From positions 263,424 to 327,423 of the forward strand of contig CAZIFB010000002.1 in the NCBI GenBank assembly GCA_964538915.1: a stretch of 64,000 nucleotides of DNA. Direction: 5' to 3'. The translations under genes were made by a program, and so were the position numbers. The notes beneath the pieces are model-generated. The model saw only the letters and a list, made by a program, of their open reading frames with translations, had not been told where the DNA came from and made no database searches. Positions 8,373 through 19,208 of this stretch are shown here, piece by piece. Each line of letters opens with the position of its first letter. The stretch's first letter is position 1. This DNA comes from an uncultured candidatus Brocadiaceae bacterium (GTDB taxonomy: Bacteria > Planctomycetota > UBA1135 > UBA2386).

Positions 8373-10553
8373 TCATTCGCCGATCGTGAACTTCAGCGCG
8401 CGCGTGAACGCGAAGTCCGGCAGCAGCGGGCAGCCGCCCGGGGTCAGCAGGACCCACTGCGCCCAGACGTCGACACCGATCAGGGTCGTGTCGCACGGCA
8501 GCGGGAGCGGGTTCGGCGTGTTGCCCGGTTGGAGGATGTCGAGTGCCGGCACGATCGTGCAGGGACCGCACGCCGCCGAGATGCTCGACAGACCGAGGAC
8601 CAGCGCGATCGGCAGGGCCGTCGGGTTGACCAGTTCGAAGGCGAACGTGCTGTCGCCGATCACGGGGTCGCCGTTCCAGCTCGCGTAGTTCTGGAGCTGG
8701 CTCGTGCCGCAGCTGCCGCCGAGGTCGACCACCGCACCGGTGCCGTGCGCCTCGAGCTGATGGCCGCGGACCGTGTCGTCCGACCAGACCACGATCGCGC
8801 GATTGCTCGCGGTGTCGCCGGCGGTGTAGCGCGCCGCGATCGCGGGCACGTTCTCCGCGACGGTCGCGTTGTTCAGGATCCATTCGGTGCCACAGACGTC
8901 GCCGGTCTCCGGCGAGATGCACGTCGCGAAGACGCGCGGCAGCGACAGGCTGTTGACGCGATCCCGCCACGCGAGCAGGTAACGGTCCTGCGCGAACGCG
9001 ACGGCGGGCGCCTCGTGGGCGTGGGTGCCCGGCAAGATCTTGGCGGTGCCGAGCGACAACGAGCCAGAGCCGCAGCTGCCGCTCCAGCTCAGGAGACGCG
9101 TCTGCACGTCCTGCGCGGTGCCGGACGACCGCTGCCACGCGACAAGGAACTCCGAGCCGTCGGGCGACGCGCTCATGGGCAATGACAACGTGGCGCTCGT
9201 CGACGAGTACAACGTCGTCGCGGGAGAACATGGTGCGCCGTTCGAGCCGACGATCGCGCCGCGGATGCGGCTCGTCGATCCGGAAGTGTCTGCCCAGGTG
9301 ACGAGCCACCGCAGAGCACTGCCGCCCTGGGCCGTGATCCCGAGATGCTCCACGGGAGTCGTCAACGATGCGACCTGACTCGCGGAGCCGCTCAGCACGG
9401 GGTCCCCGGTGGCCGGCACGTGCACGATCCTGGTCCAGATTCCCGGGGGCGGCGAGGAGGTGTGACTCTCGTACGCGACGACCACGGTCTGTGCGCTGCT
9501 CGTCGATCGGGAGTCGCCGCCGAGCACCGCGGTGAGGTCCGTGCCCGTGGCGACGACCAGCGGACCGGAGACGCCCGTCGACGGATCGACGGCTCTCACC
9601 AAGACCTGGCTGAACGGGAAGGACAGTGCCTGCAGGTACGAAACGAGGAAGCGGCTGGTGCCGTTCACGTTGGCGACCGAGGGTCGGCCAGTGGTGAACG
9701 ATCCGAGGCCGGCGATCTGGACCGTGCTGCCGGACAGGGCTCCGTTGGTGGTGAGGAACTGGCCGCGGATCTCGACGGCCGGCCCGCCCGCGAACCGCGC
9801 GACCCACACCACGAAGTACCGATTCGTCGTGTCGTCGAAGGCGATCGCCGGCGTTACGTCGTCGTACCCGCCGACGGAACTCACGTCGAAGACCGCACCG
9901 ACGAGCGGGTCGAGCACCATCGGGTAGGCGGCGCCGTCGACGAAGGCGGCGGGCAGGACCCATTCGACGTGATCACCGACGACGCGGATCGAGCCGCGTG
10001 CCGTGGCGCCGTTCGCATCGACGCCGGTCACCGCGCCGAACGTCACGCCGCCCAGGCCTTCCGCTTCGTAGCGGACGCCGCCGTCGTCCGCCGCGACCAT
10101 GGGCATGTCCGTCGTCACGAGGCCGCGCACGACGAGGTCGCCGCTGCCCCCGGGCCGCGTCGCGAAGACGAAGCTCTGTTCGATGCCGTCGCGACGGACG
10201 TCGTAGACCTCGGTGAGGTCGCCGCGGTGCTGGTAGCGCACGGTGTTGTCGAGCACGATCGGCCGCAGGTCCGCACCGCCGCGCGTGAACACTTGCGTCG
10301 ATCCGCGCCGGACTTCGTCGAGCGTGAACCGGACCGGGTGCATCGTCGCGGCCCGCTTGCCGAGCGCGGGCACGAACTCCATGCCGCGCCCGTCGAATCG
10401 CGCCGAGTAGTCGGGGCCCATCGCGTGGGCGCCGTCGGCGGTCGCGGTGACACCGAACGACTCGCGAAGGACGTTCGCCGCGTTGGCGTCCTGCGCGACG
10501 GCGGACGCGCCGGTGAGGAGGGCGAGAGAGACGCTGGGAAGGTATGCGCGCAT
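8373..10553 (-). CDS. secreted repeat (beta-propeller-like) protein with shared C-terminal module
   Basis: ATG at 10553 gives signal peptide MRAYLPSVSLALLTGASAVAQD. About 7 repeats of the type P.VA....(F/L)LV.W......(I/V)RG. Cys-containing tail GGSCGTS...CGPC...GGCPLL...KFTIGE. Confidence 0.7.
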   Translation of the reverse strand: MRAYLPSVSLALLTGASAVAQDANAANVLRESFGVTATADGAHAMGPDYSARFDGRGMEFVPALGKRAATMHPVRFTLDEVRRGSTQVFTRGGADLRPIVLDNTVRYQHRGDLTEVYDVRRDGIEQSFVFATRPGGSGDLVVRGLVTTDMPMVAADDGGVRYEAEGLGGVTFGAVTGVDANGATARGSIRVVGDHVEWVLPAAFVDGAAYPMVLDPLVGAVFDVSSVGGYDDVTPAIAFDDTTNRYFVVWVARFAGGPAVEIRGQFLTTNGALSGSTVQIAGLGSFTTGRPSVANVNGTSRFLVSYLQALSFPFSQVLVRAVDPSTGVSGPLVVATGTDLTAVLGGDSRSTSSAQTVVVAYESHTSSPPPGIWTRIVHVPATGDPVLSGSASQVASLTTPVEHLGITAQGGSALRWLVTWADTSGSTSRIRGAIVGSNGAPCSPATTLYSSTSATLSLPMSASPDGSEFLVAWQRSSGTAQDVQTRLLSWSGSCGSGSLSLGTAKILPGTHAHEAPAVAFAQDRYLLAWRDRVNSLSLPRVFATCISPETGDVCGTEWILNNATVAENVPAIAARYTAGDTASNRAIVVWSDDTVRGHQLEAHGTGAVVDLGGSCGTSQLQNYASWNGDPVIGDSTFAFELVNPTALPIALVLGLSSISAACGPCTIVPALDILQPGNTPNPLPLPCDTTLIGVDVWAQWVLLTPGGCPLLPDFAFTRALKFTIGE

Positions 10554-10619
10554 GGCTGGTCTCGAGGAGCAGCGAGACTGCACGCCCGCGCGTTCGCGGG
10601 ACCGGCCTCCTTCCAGCGA

Positions 10620-12095
10620 CTAAAGGCGCCCCAGCACGAACTCGAGGCCGTTGCTCGAACTCGCCGCGCCGCCGACCTCGAAGGTGACGACCTGCAGACG
10701 GATGAGGTTGCCGGCCCACGACGGCGTGTTTGGCAGGGCGAAGGCGACGTCCGCGACCCCGCCCGACGCGACGTGTCCGGTCAGCACGTCCGGGAACGAC
10801 AGCAGCAGGCAGCCGGGCAGCGCCTGGCCGAGAACCAGCGACAGCGGCACGTTCGTCGCCGAGAGGCCCCAGACGCCGAGCGAGATCGACACGGTCGGCA
10901 ACCCGGTGCACACGGCTGCCATCGCCGTGCCGAGCCATGGCTGCGCGGTCGCGGTCAGGACGTTCGGGCCGCCGCTGCCGGCGCAGCCGGTGCCGTACGC
11001 CGTGTTCGCGGGCGGGCAGCCGGCCGTGATCGCGAGCACCGAGCGCGGGGAACTGCCGAGCAGTGCCGGTGCCTGGCACAAGAGGATCCGGCCGTCGGGA
11101 AGCACTTCGCAGGCGCCGACGAGGCCGGCGAGGCCTAGCGGCGTCAGCGCGGTCGAGCTGCCGATGTCGCTCCACGCGAGCGTGAGCGGATCGAGGCGCG
11201 CGACGCCGCGGACCGACGTCGCTGCGCCGGCGGTCACGGTGCTGAACGCACCGACGACGATCGCGCTGCCGTCGGGGTGGCGCGCCATGTCGTACGCCGT
11301 CGTCAGGTTGCCGCCGCTCAGGGTGCCGGCCACCGACCACGCGGCGCCGTTCCAACGTTGCACGGTCTGGAAGCCGCCGGCGATCAGTTCGCCGTTGCCG
11401 AGTTCGGCGAAAGCGTTCGGCACCATCGATGCGAGGTTGCCGACGGAAGACCACGCGCTGCCGTTCCATCGCGCGACGAAGCCCGTGACGCCTGCCACGG
11501 AGCCGCCGACGACGAGGTCGCCGTTGCCGAGCAGACGCATTCCGCCGGGCGAGGTCACGCCCGGGCCGAGAGCAGACCAGGCTGCGCCGTTCCAGTGCGC
11601 GATGTTGCTGGCGGGCGCGCCGCCAGCGCTCGAGAAGTTGCCGAGCACGACGAGGTCGCCGTTCGGCATCTCGACGGCGTCCTTCACGAGGAAACCGCCG
11701 ATGCCGCTGCCGAGGGCGGACCACGACGCGCCGTTCCACACGGCGATGTTGTTCACGGGCACGCCGCCCGCGTTGGTGAACGTGCCGCCGACGACGAGCA
11801 GTCCCGACGACGTGCGCAGCAGGGCGTTGACGGACGCGACGGTGCCGCTGACGCCGCCCGCGAGTGCGGACCACGACGTGCCGTTCCATCGCGCGATGCG
11901 GGCCGCGGCGACGCCGCCGATCGTGGTGAACGTCCCGCCGGCGAAGAGCCCGCCGCTGCCGTCGGGGATCGCGACCGTCACCGTTTCGGTGCTGCTCGTG
12001 AGCGCGGACCATGCCGGCGGATCGACGCACTGCGCGGTCAGCACGGATGCGGCGGCCGCGAGCGAGGCGGAGAGAAGGATGGCGCGGGCGAGCAT
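10620..12095 (-). CDS. secreted WNGxxWSxxG-repeat (propeller-like) protein with shared C-terminal module
   Basis: ATG at 12095 (MLARAILLSASLAAAASVLTAQ signal), AAGGGG-like RBS upstream. Five clear repeats (ARWNGTSWSALAGG, AVWNGASWSALGSG, AHWNGAAWSALGPG, ARWNGSAWSSVGNL, QRWNGAAWSVAGTL) spaced about 48 aa. Tail YGTGCAGSGG...LPGCLLL...EFVLGRL. Confidence 0.75.
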   Translation of the reverse strand: MLARAILLSASLAAAASVLTAQCVDPPAWSALTSSTETVTVAIPDGSGGLFAGGTFTTIGGVAAARIARWNGTSWSALAGGVSGTVASVNALLRTSSGLLVVGGTFTNAGGVPVNNIAVWNGASWSALGSGIGGFLVKDAVEMPNGDLVVLGNFSSAGGAPASNIAHWNGAAWSALGPGVTSPGGMRLLGNGDLVVGGSVAGVTGFVARWNGSAWSSVGNLASMVPNAFAELGNGELIAGGFQTVQRWNGAAWSVAGTLSGGNLTTAYDMARHPDGSAIVVGAFSTVTAGAATSVRGVARLDPLTLAWSDIGSSTALTPLGLAGLVGACEVLPDGRILLCQAPALLGSSPRSVLAITAGCPPANTAYGTGCAGSGGPNVLTATAQPWLGTAMAAVCTGLPTVSISLGVWGLSATNVPLSLVLGQALPGCLLLSFPDVLTGHVASGGVADVAFALPNTPSWAGNLIRLQVVTFEVGGAASSSNGLEFVLGRL

Positions 12096-12250
12096 GGGAA
12101 CCCCTTTCGTGCGGAATCGCGGCGGAGCACAGTAGAGGCGCACGCCGCGTCGCGACAGGTTTCGTTGCGCCGCTCGCCTGTTCCGCCTCGTGTTGCGCGG
12201 CGGGCCGTATCGGGACGAGCGCCGTTGCCGGCGCGTCGGACCCGGGGCGA

Positions 12251-14404
<2,154 letters not shown>

Positions 14405-14472
14405 CGGGCGGTGCGGAATCTAGCGGCGCTCGCCGCCGCGACCGAGGCCAAGTCGGCGTCCGTCGCCGTCCG

Positions 14473-15306
14473 ATGAAGGGCGGCATGGTCCTGCCGCCGG
14501 TGTTGCCGCCTCCTGCCCCGCGCGCGCGTGTCGTGGGGGTGCGGTCCCCGTCGGCCCGGGAACCGGATCTCGAACCGTCCGGTGCGGGGTCGGTCGAGGA
14601 CGGTGCGTCGCTCCGTTGGCCCTACCTCGCGGCTGGGATCTTCGCGGCGTGGGCGCTCGGCTTGGTGCTGCCCGGCATGTTCGCGTGGTTCCTCGCGGCG
14701 ATTCCGCACGAGATGGGGCACGCGACGGTCGGTTGCCTGCTCGGGCGGCCATCCGCGCCCGCGATCAGCCTCGCGGGCCACGCGTGGACCGGCATCGGCG
14801 AACGGCGCGACTGGCTCGTGTGGGTCACGGCGATGGCGCTCGCCGCCGCTGCGTGCGTCCAGCGAGAGCGTCTGTACCGCTGCGTGTCGCTGGCGCTGCT
14901 GGCGGTCTTCGTGCCGATGGTCGCGTTCGCCACCGCATCGGAGATCCTGATCGCGGCGGCCGGGCACCTCGGCGAACTCGTGTTCGCTGCGTACTGCTAC
15001 TCGATCTGCTGGGGCGGCGGCCGCACCGGCACGCCGGCGGAACGCGGCGCCGGCGCGTTCGCGGGCGCGCTGTTGCAGTACGGCAACCTGCGTCTGTGCT
15101 GGGGCCTGTTGCACGATGCGGCGGCGCGTGCGCACTACGCGGGGTCGGGTTCGCTCGGCATGAAGAACGACTACCTCGTGCTCGCCGAGGACCTGTGCCA
15201 CTGCGGCCTCGGCAAGGTCGCGGGCATCATGCTGGTCATGGCGGTGATGGCGCTGCCTCTCGGTCTGTGGTGGGGCGCGCACCGTGATCGCCACTGCGGC
15301 GAGTGA
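14473..15306 (+). CDS. polytopic membrane protein, M50B-like putative metallopeptidase (HExxH in TM)
   Basis: High GC3 and several TM segments. The AAIPHEMGHATVGCLLG motif resembles Peptidase_M50B-type HExGHA. The start is uncertain. Confidence 0.55.
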   Translation: MKGGMVLPPVLPPPAPRARVVGVRSPSAREPDLEPSGAGSVEDGASLRWPYLAAGIFAAWALGLVLPGMFAWFLAAIPHEMGHATVGCLLGRPSAPAISLAGHAWTGIGERRDWLVWVTAMALAAAACVQRERLYRCVSLALLAVFVPMVAFATASEILIAAAGHLGELVFAAYCYSICWGGGRTGTPAERGAGAFAGALLQYGNLRLCWGLLHDAAARAHYAGSGSLGMKNDYLVLAEDLCHCGLGKVAGIMLVMAVMALPLGLWWGAHRDRHCGE

Positions 15307-15458
15307 AGCGTCGGGCGGCACAACGCGCCTTCGGACGACACTGCGCCAGCGACGAGGTTCGCCCCGCACGTTGATGCATGTGCGGTTCGCCGCCGCTAGC
15401 TTCTGCCGCGACCGATGCCCTCTTCCCTCGTGCTCGTTCGTTCCGTGGCGACGCCACC

Positions 15459-17285
15459 ATGACGCCGTCCGACGCCGAAGCGGCGGGACCCGTCGATGGC
15501 GCCGCGTCGGCCTCTCCCGCCTCGCGGGATCGCGGGCCGAGTCGAGTTGCCGCGTTGGCCGCCTTCCTGGGCTCGCACCGCACGGCGTTCTTCGTGGTGT
15601 GGATCGTCTGGGCCGTGATGCTCGGGGCGCACTACGCCCTGGTGCTGGTCATGGCCCCCGAAGTTCCGCTCGGTGACGAGTGGTTCACCCTCGCGAGCAT
15701 GGTCGGGATCGAGAACTTCGACTTCGAGTTCCTCTGGCGGCGACACAACGAGCACCGGATCCCGGTGCCGAAGCTGATCATGTGGGCGTGCTACCACGTG
15801 GGCGGCTTCAACTTCCGCGCAGCGCCCTTGGTGTACGTCACCACACTCGGCGTCGTGACCGCGGCGACGGTCGTCGCCGCTCGGATCGTGCGCGGCCGGC
15901 AGAGCATCCTGGACGCGGTCCTGCCGTTGCTGCTGCTCCACTGGGGTCATGCGGAGAACACGCTGTGGGGCTTCCAGGCGCAGATGATCGGTTCCGCTTC
16001 GATCAGTCTGGCTCTCCTCGTCCAGATCGCGCGGCGACGGACCGCGATGGCGATCCCAGCCGCGGCGGCCGCGAGCTTCGCGGTCTGCCTGATCGCCTTG
16101 TGCGGGCAGAACGGCGTCGGCCTCGTGCCCGCGTTGTCGGTGTGGATCGGAGGGTCCGCAATCGTGCACTGGCGGTCCGGGAGTCCCGGGAGTCGCCGTA
16201 CGGCAATGGTTGTCGCCCTGCTCGCGGCGTTGCCCATCGGGGTCGTGGGCCTCGTGATGTATCGGCTGCCGATGCCACAGCGGGCGACCATCGTGCCGGA
16301 CCTGGCCGTGTCGCTGGAGTTCCTGATGAACGGGCTCGGCCGCGCGACTCAGGAAAGCCAATTGCTCGCAGGCACGTTCGTGATCGTGCTGATCGCCTCG
16401 ACCCTGGCTCTGATTGTCGTGCGGTGGTGGCGTGAGCCTGCCGAGCGCGTGCGCCTGTTCGGGCTGTTCTGCTTCTGCGGGTCCGTCACGTCCCTGGCGC
16501 TCGGCATGGGCTACGGCCGGACCTCCGCGTACCAGCTCCGCTACACCACCATCGCGGTGCCGTTGTTCGTCGCGATCCACTTCGTCTGGGCGATCTACGC
16601 GCGGGCCTGGCGGTTGCGCATCGTGCCGGTCGCTCTGCTCGCGGCTTCGGCGGCCTGCCTCCCGCAGAGCACGTTCGTCGGCAGGTTCGTCGTGTCGGTG
16701 TGGCAGCGCTCCTACACCGGACCCTTCCTCGCGGCGGTGGAGTCCGGCAAGCCGATGCCCCTCGTCATCGGCGACCACTCGGTCGTCGCCTGGCACTGGA
16801 AGCACATGCTGGACTACCTGCTCCCGGAGTTGAAGAAGCGCAGCCTCGGCATGTTCGGCCGGCTCGTGGAAGCACCGGAGTACGACCGGCAACCGATCGT
16901 CTGGGCCGACGCCGTCGCGACGAACGCGAAGATCGTCGGGGACGTGGTGACGATCGGCAGGAGCAGTTCGCTGACGATCCGGCTCCCGAGCCCCGCTCCC
17001 GTCGAAATGCTGCGCCTCGCGGTCGTGGTGGTGCCACACGGGTCGAACGTGATCCGGTTCCGCATGTCGTGGCGCGATTCGCAGCGCGAGCAGTTCAGCG
17101 AGGCGCGGTCCAGCGAACACCTCTTCGACCTCGACGCGCACGGCACACCGCTGGCGCGCCGCGCGATCCACGATCACGACTTCTGGGCGACGGTGGACTC
17201 GTGGGTCGACGAGATCCGGATCGACCTCGACGGCGAGCCCGAGGACCTCCGCATCACGTCGTTCGACGCCCTGCGGCGCAAGTAG
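15459..17285 (+). CDS. GT-C fold-like polytopic membrane protein with C-terminal soluble domain
   Basis: ATG at 15459 was chosen because GC3 rises sharply there (an ATG at 15378 precedes a low-GC3 stretch). At least 10 TM segments, first-loop acidic motif PLGDEWF, and a soluble C-terminus of about 170 aa. Confidence 0.65.
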   Translation: MTPSDAEAAGPVDGAASASPASRDRGPSRVAALAAFLGSHRTAFFVVWIVWAVMLGAHYALVLVMAPEVPLGDEWFTLASMVGIENFDFEFLWRRHNEHRIPVPKLIMWACYHVGGFNFRAAPLVYVTTLGVVTAATVVAARIVRGRQSILDAVLPLLLLHWGHAENTLWGFQAQMIGSASISLALLVQIARRRTAMAIPAAAAASFAVCLIALCGQNGVGLVPALSVWIGGSAIVHWRSGSPGSRRTAMVVALLAALPIGVVGLVMYRLPMPQRATIVPDLAVSLEFLMNGLGRATQESQLLAGTFVIVLIASTLALIVVRWWREPAERVRLFGLFCFCGSVTSLALGMGYGRTSAYQLRYTTIAVPLFVAIHFVWAIYARAWRLRIVPVALLAASAACLPQSTFVGRFVVSVWQRSYTGPFLAAVESGKPMPLVIGDHSVVAWHWKHMLDYLLPELKKRSLGMFGRLVEAPEYDRQPIVWADAVATNAKIVGDVVTIGRSSSLTIRLPSPAPVEMLRLAVVVVPHGSNVIRFRMSWRDSQREQFSEARSSEHLFDLDAHGTPLARRAIHDHDFWATVDSWVDEIRIDLDGEPEDLRITSFDALRRK

Positions 17286-17294
17286 GGCCGGACT

Positions 17295-17324
17295 CCGCAT
17301 GGGGCGCGGTGCGCACCCGTGCGG
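17295..17324. terminator. GC-rich hairpin between convergent genes (candidate bidirectional terminator)
   Basis: ccgcatggggcgcggtgcgcacccgtgcgg folds into a 9+4 bp stem with one bulge and a 3-nt loop. It abuts the metalloprotease stop codon. There is no U-tract. Confidence 0.4.
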
Positions 17325-18941
17325 TCAGGGGATCGTGACGGTGAGCGCGTCCGTCGCGGAGAGTCCTTCCACCGCGGTCGCGTCGAGGAAGAACGTCTGC
17401 AGCCACACGCGGAAGGCCGGCGGCAGCGTCGCCATCCAGTCGAGGTTCTGCACGATGTCGGGGCCGCTGCCGAGGACCGCGAGCAGGATGTCGGGCGATG
17501 GTTCGACGGTGCCGCCGAACGCGGGGATCGAGAGCGCGGACGCGCCGATCGCGACGAGGCCGATCGAGTTCGGCGCGTAGTTGCCGATGGTGAGCTCGAT
17601 GGGATCGACGAGGTTCATCGTGCCGGAACCGTGCTGCAGCGGTTTGCCGAGCGCACCCGTGATCCCGCCGCCGAGCTGGCACCAGTTCGGCGCCGTCGTC
17701 GCGTGGAATTGTGCGACCGTGTCGACGGTCTGGTTGAGCGTGAGCACGTTGTCCGCCGCGCCCGCCACGCCCATCGTGTAGCCGAGCCACGTGACGTTCG
17801 GGCTCGACCAGCGGTTGATTCGCACGCCGGGCGGGTAGGCCATGATGGTGCGGTAGGCGTCGTCCGCGGTGCGGAACCCGTAGGAATAAGGGAAGAGCGC
17901 CGAGCCCGCGTTCGCGGCGTCGTGGTGGCAGCCCATGTTGTGGCCGCACTCGTGCGTGAACGAGCGGTTCGAGATGCAGGTGCGAACGGTCACGCCGAAC
18001 GCCGACGATGCGAACCCCGTCGAGAGGTTGGTCATCAGGTACGCGATGCCGCAGTAGGCGGGCGACGCCGGGTCGGTCACGAGGTGCACCAGGTCCGCGC
18101 CGTACGTGTCGCGCAGCGCGTGCACTTCGTCCATGAAGCCGTCCTGGTCGGAGCGCAGGTTCGCGAGGTCGGTGCCCGTGCCGAGTTCGGCGTAGTTCGT
18201 CTCCGCCATGTGCACGAGCCGGAACTCGGCGGGCACACCGCTCTGCATGTGACCGTCGTTGGCCTGGGCGATCGCACCGACGATCGCCGCTTCGATCGCG
18301 GCGACACCGCCGGCGTTCTGTCGTGCGAGCGGCGTGTAGAAGACGATGACGTCGATCGTCGTCAGCGAGCAGTTCGTGTTCGGCGACCCCGACGACGAGA
18401 GTTGCGCCGGCGGCGCCACGACGGCTGTGGTGTGGTCCGTGCCGCAGCCCATGTGCGCGGGCAGCCGCCGCTGGTCGATCCGCTGCAGCACGTGTACGTC
18501 GCCGACGCCGGTGTAGGCGATCACGAACTGGCGCGCCTCGACGTCGATCGATGCCCATGTCTCACCACCCGGCGCGAGTACGACGTGCACCTCGCTCTGG
18601 CGACCGACGACGTGACCGTCGAACACGCGATAGCCGAGGGCCCACTTCCGGCTCGTGAACTCGATGTCCACGCGCTCGTCGAAGAGGTCGGCGGCGAACG
18701 TGCCGAGTGGCGGCGCGCCGCCGAGCGGCATCGCGCCGAGCGCCGTCGTGTCGACGCGCACGAACCGCGACTGCGCGACCATCGGACTGCGCGCTTCCTC
18801 GGCGGCGCTCCAGGTCTGCGCCGCGGCCGGCACCGGATCGACGAGTGTGAAGAGTGGTGCCTGCGCGCCTGCCGTGGTGAAGGCCGAGAGCGAGAACGCG
18901 AGCCAGCTCACTGCTCGCGGGATGTTGGACCATCCGGACAT
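17325..18941 (-). CDS. secreted reprolysin-like (M12B-type) zinc metalloprotease with shared C-terminal module
   Basis: Signal peptide WLAFSLSAFTTAGAQA. Metzincin motif HECGHNMGCHHD followed by a Met-turn-like RTIMAY. C-terminal tail of about 110 aa ending LSATDALTVTIP. Confidence 0.85.
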   Translation of the reverse strand: MSGWSNIPRAVSWLAFSLSAFTTAGAQAPLFTLVDPVPAAAQTWSAAEEARSPMVAQSRFVRVDTTALGAMPLGGAPPLGTFAADLFDERVDIEFTSRKWALGYRVFDGHVVGRQSEVHVVLAPGGETWASIDVEARQFVIAYTGVGDVHVLQRIDQRRLPAHMGCGTDHTTAVVAPPAQLSSSGSPNTNCSLTTIDVIVFYTPLARQNAGGVAAIEAAIVGAIAQANDGHMQSGVPAEFRLVHMAETNYAELGTGTDLANLRSDQDGFMDEVHALRDTYGADLVHLVTDPASPAYCGIAYLMTNLSTGFASSAFGVTVRTCISNRSFTHECGHNMGCHHDAANAGSALFPYSYGFRTADDAYRTIMAYPPGVRINRWSSPNVTWLGYTMGVAGAADNVLTLNQTVDTVAQFHATTAPNWCQLGGGITGALGKPLQHGSGTMNLVDPIELTIGNYAPNSIGLVAIGASALSIPAFGGTVEPSPDILLAVLGSGPDIVQNLDWMATLPPAFRVWLQTFFLDATAVEGLSATDALTVTIP

Positions 18942-19118
18942 CGGGAGAACCTCTGTCGGGGGAACACAAGCGACGGGTGGAGGCGGACATCAGAACCCGC
19001 GATGGCGTGGAGGCAACCCGTCGCTTGGAATTGACGTGGGGCGACGACTCCGCCGACCGCGCCACGGTGCCGCGACGTCCGCCGGGTCGTTGCTTTCGGC
19101 TGCACGAAAGGGCGCGAA

Positions 19119-19146
19119 TTGACGCGGTGGGCGCGGTTTCTACACT
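19119..19146 (+). promoter_or_regulatory. candidate sigma70-type promoter for the 19209 gene
   Basis: TTGACG (19119-19124), 16-nt spacer, TACACT (19141-19146), about 60 nt upstream of the ATG. Confidence 0.3.
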
Positions 19147-19208
19147 CTCCGCGATCTCACCCTGGAGTCTGCGTCGTCCCCCCGACGCAGGGGTGGCCAA
19201 TCTTCGCC

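Noticed and set aside
19027-19130. Two GAATTGACG(T/C)GG copies (about 19028 and about 19116) as a regulator-binding direct repeat.
   Set aside because: Only about 11 nt are shared, and one copy coincides with a plausible -35 box. I kept the promoter call at low confidence, but the evidence is insufficient to claim a specific operator.
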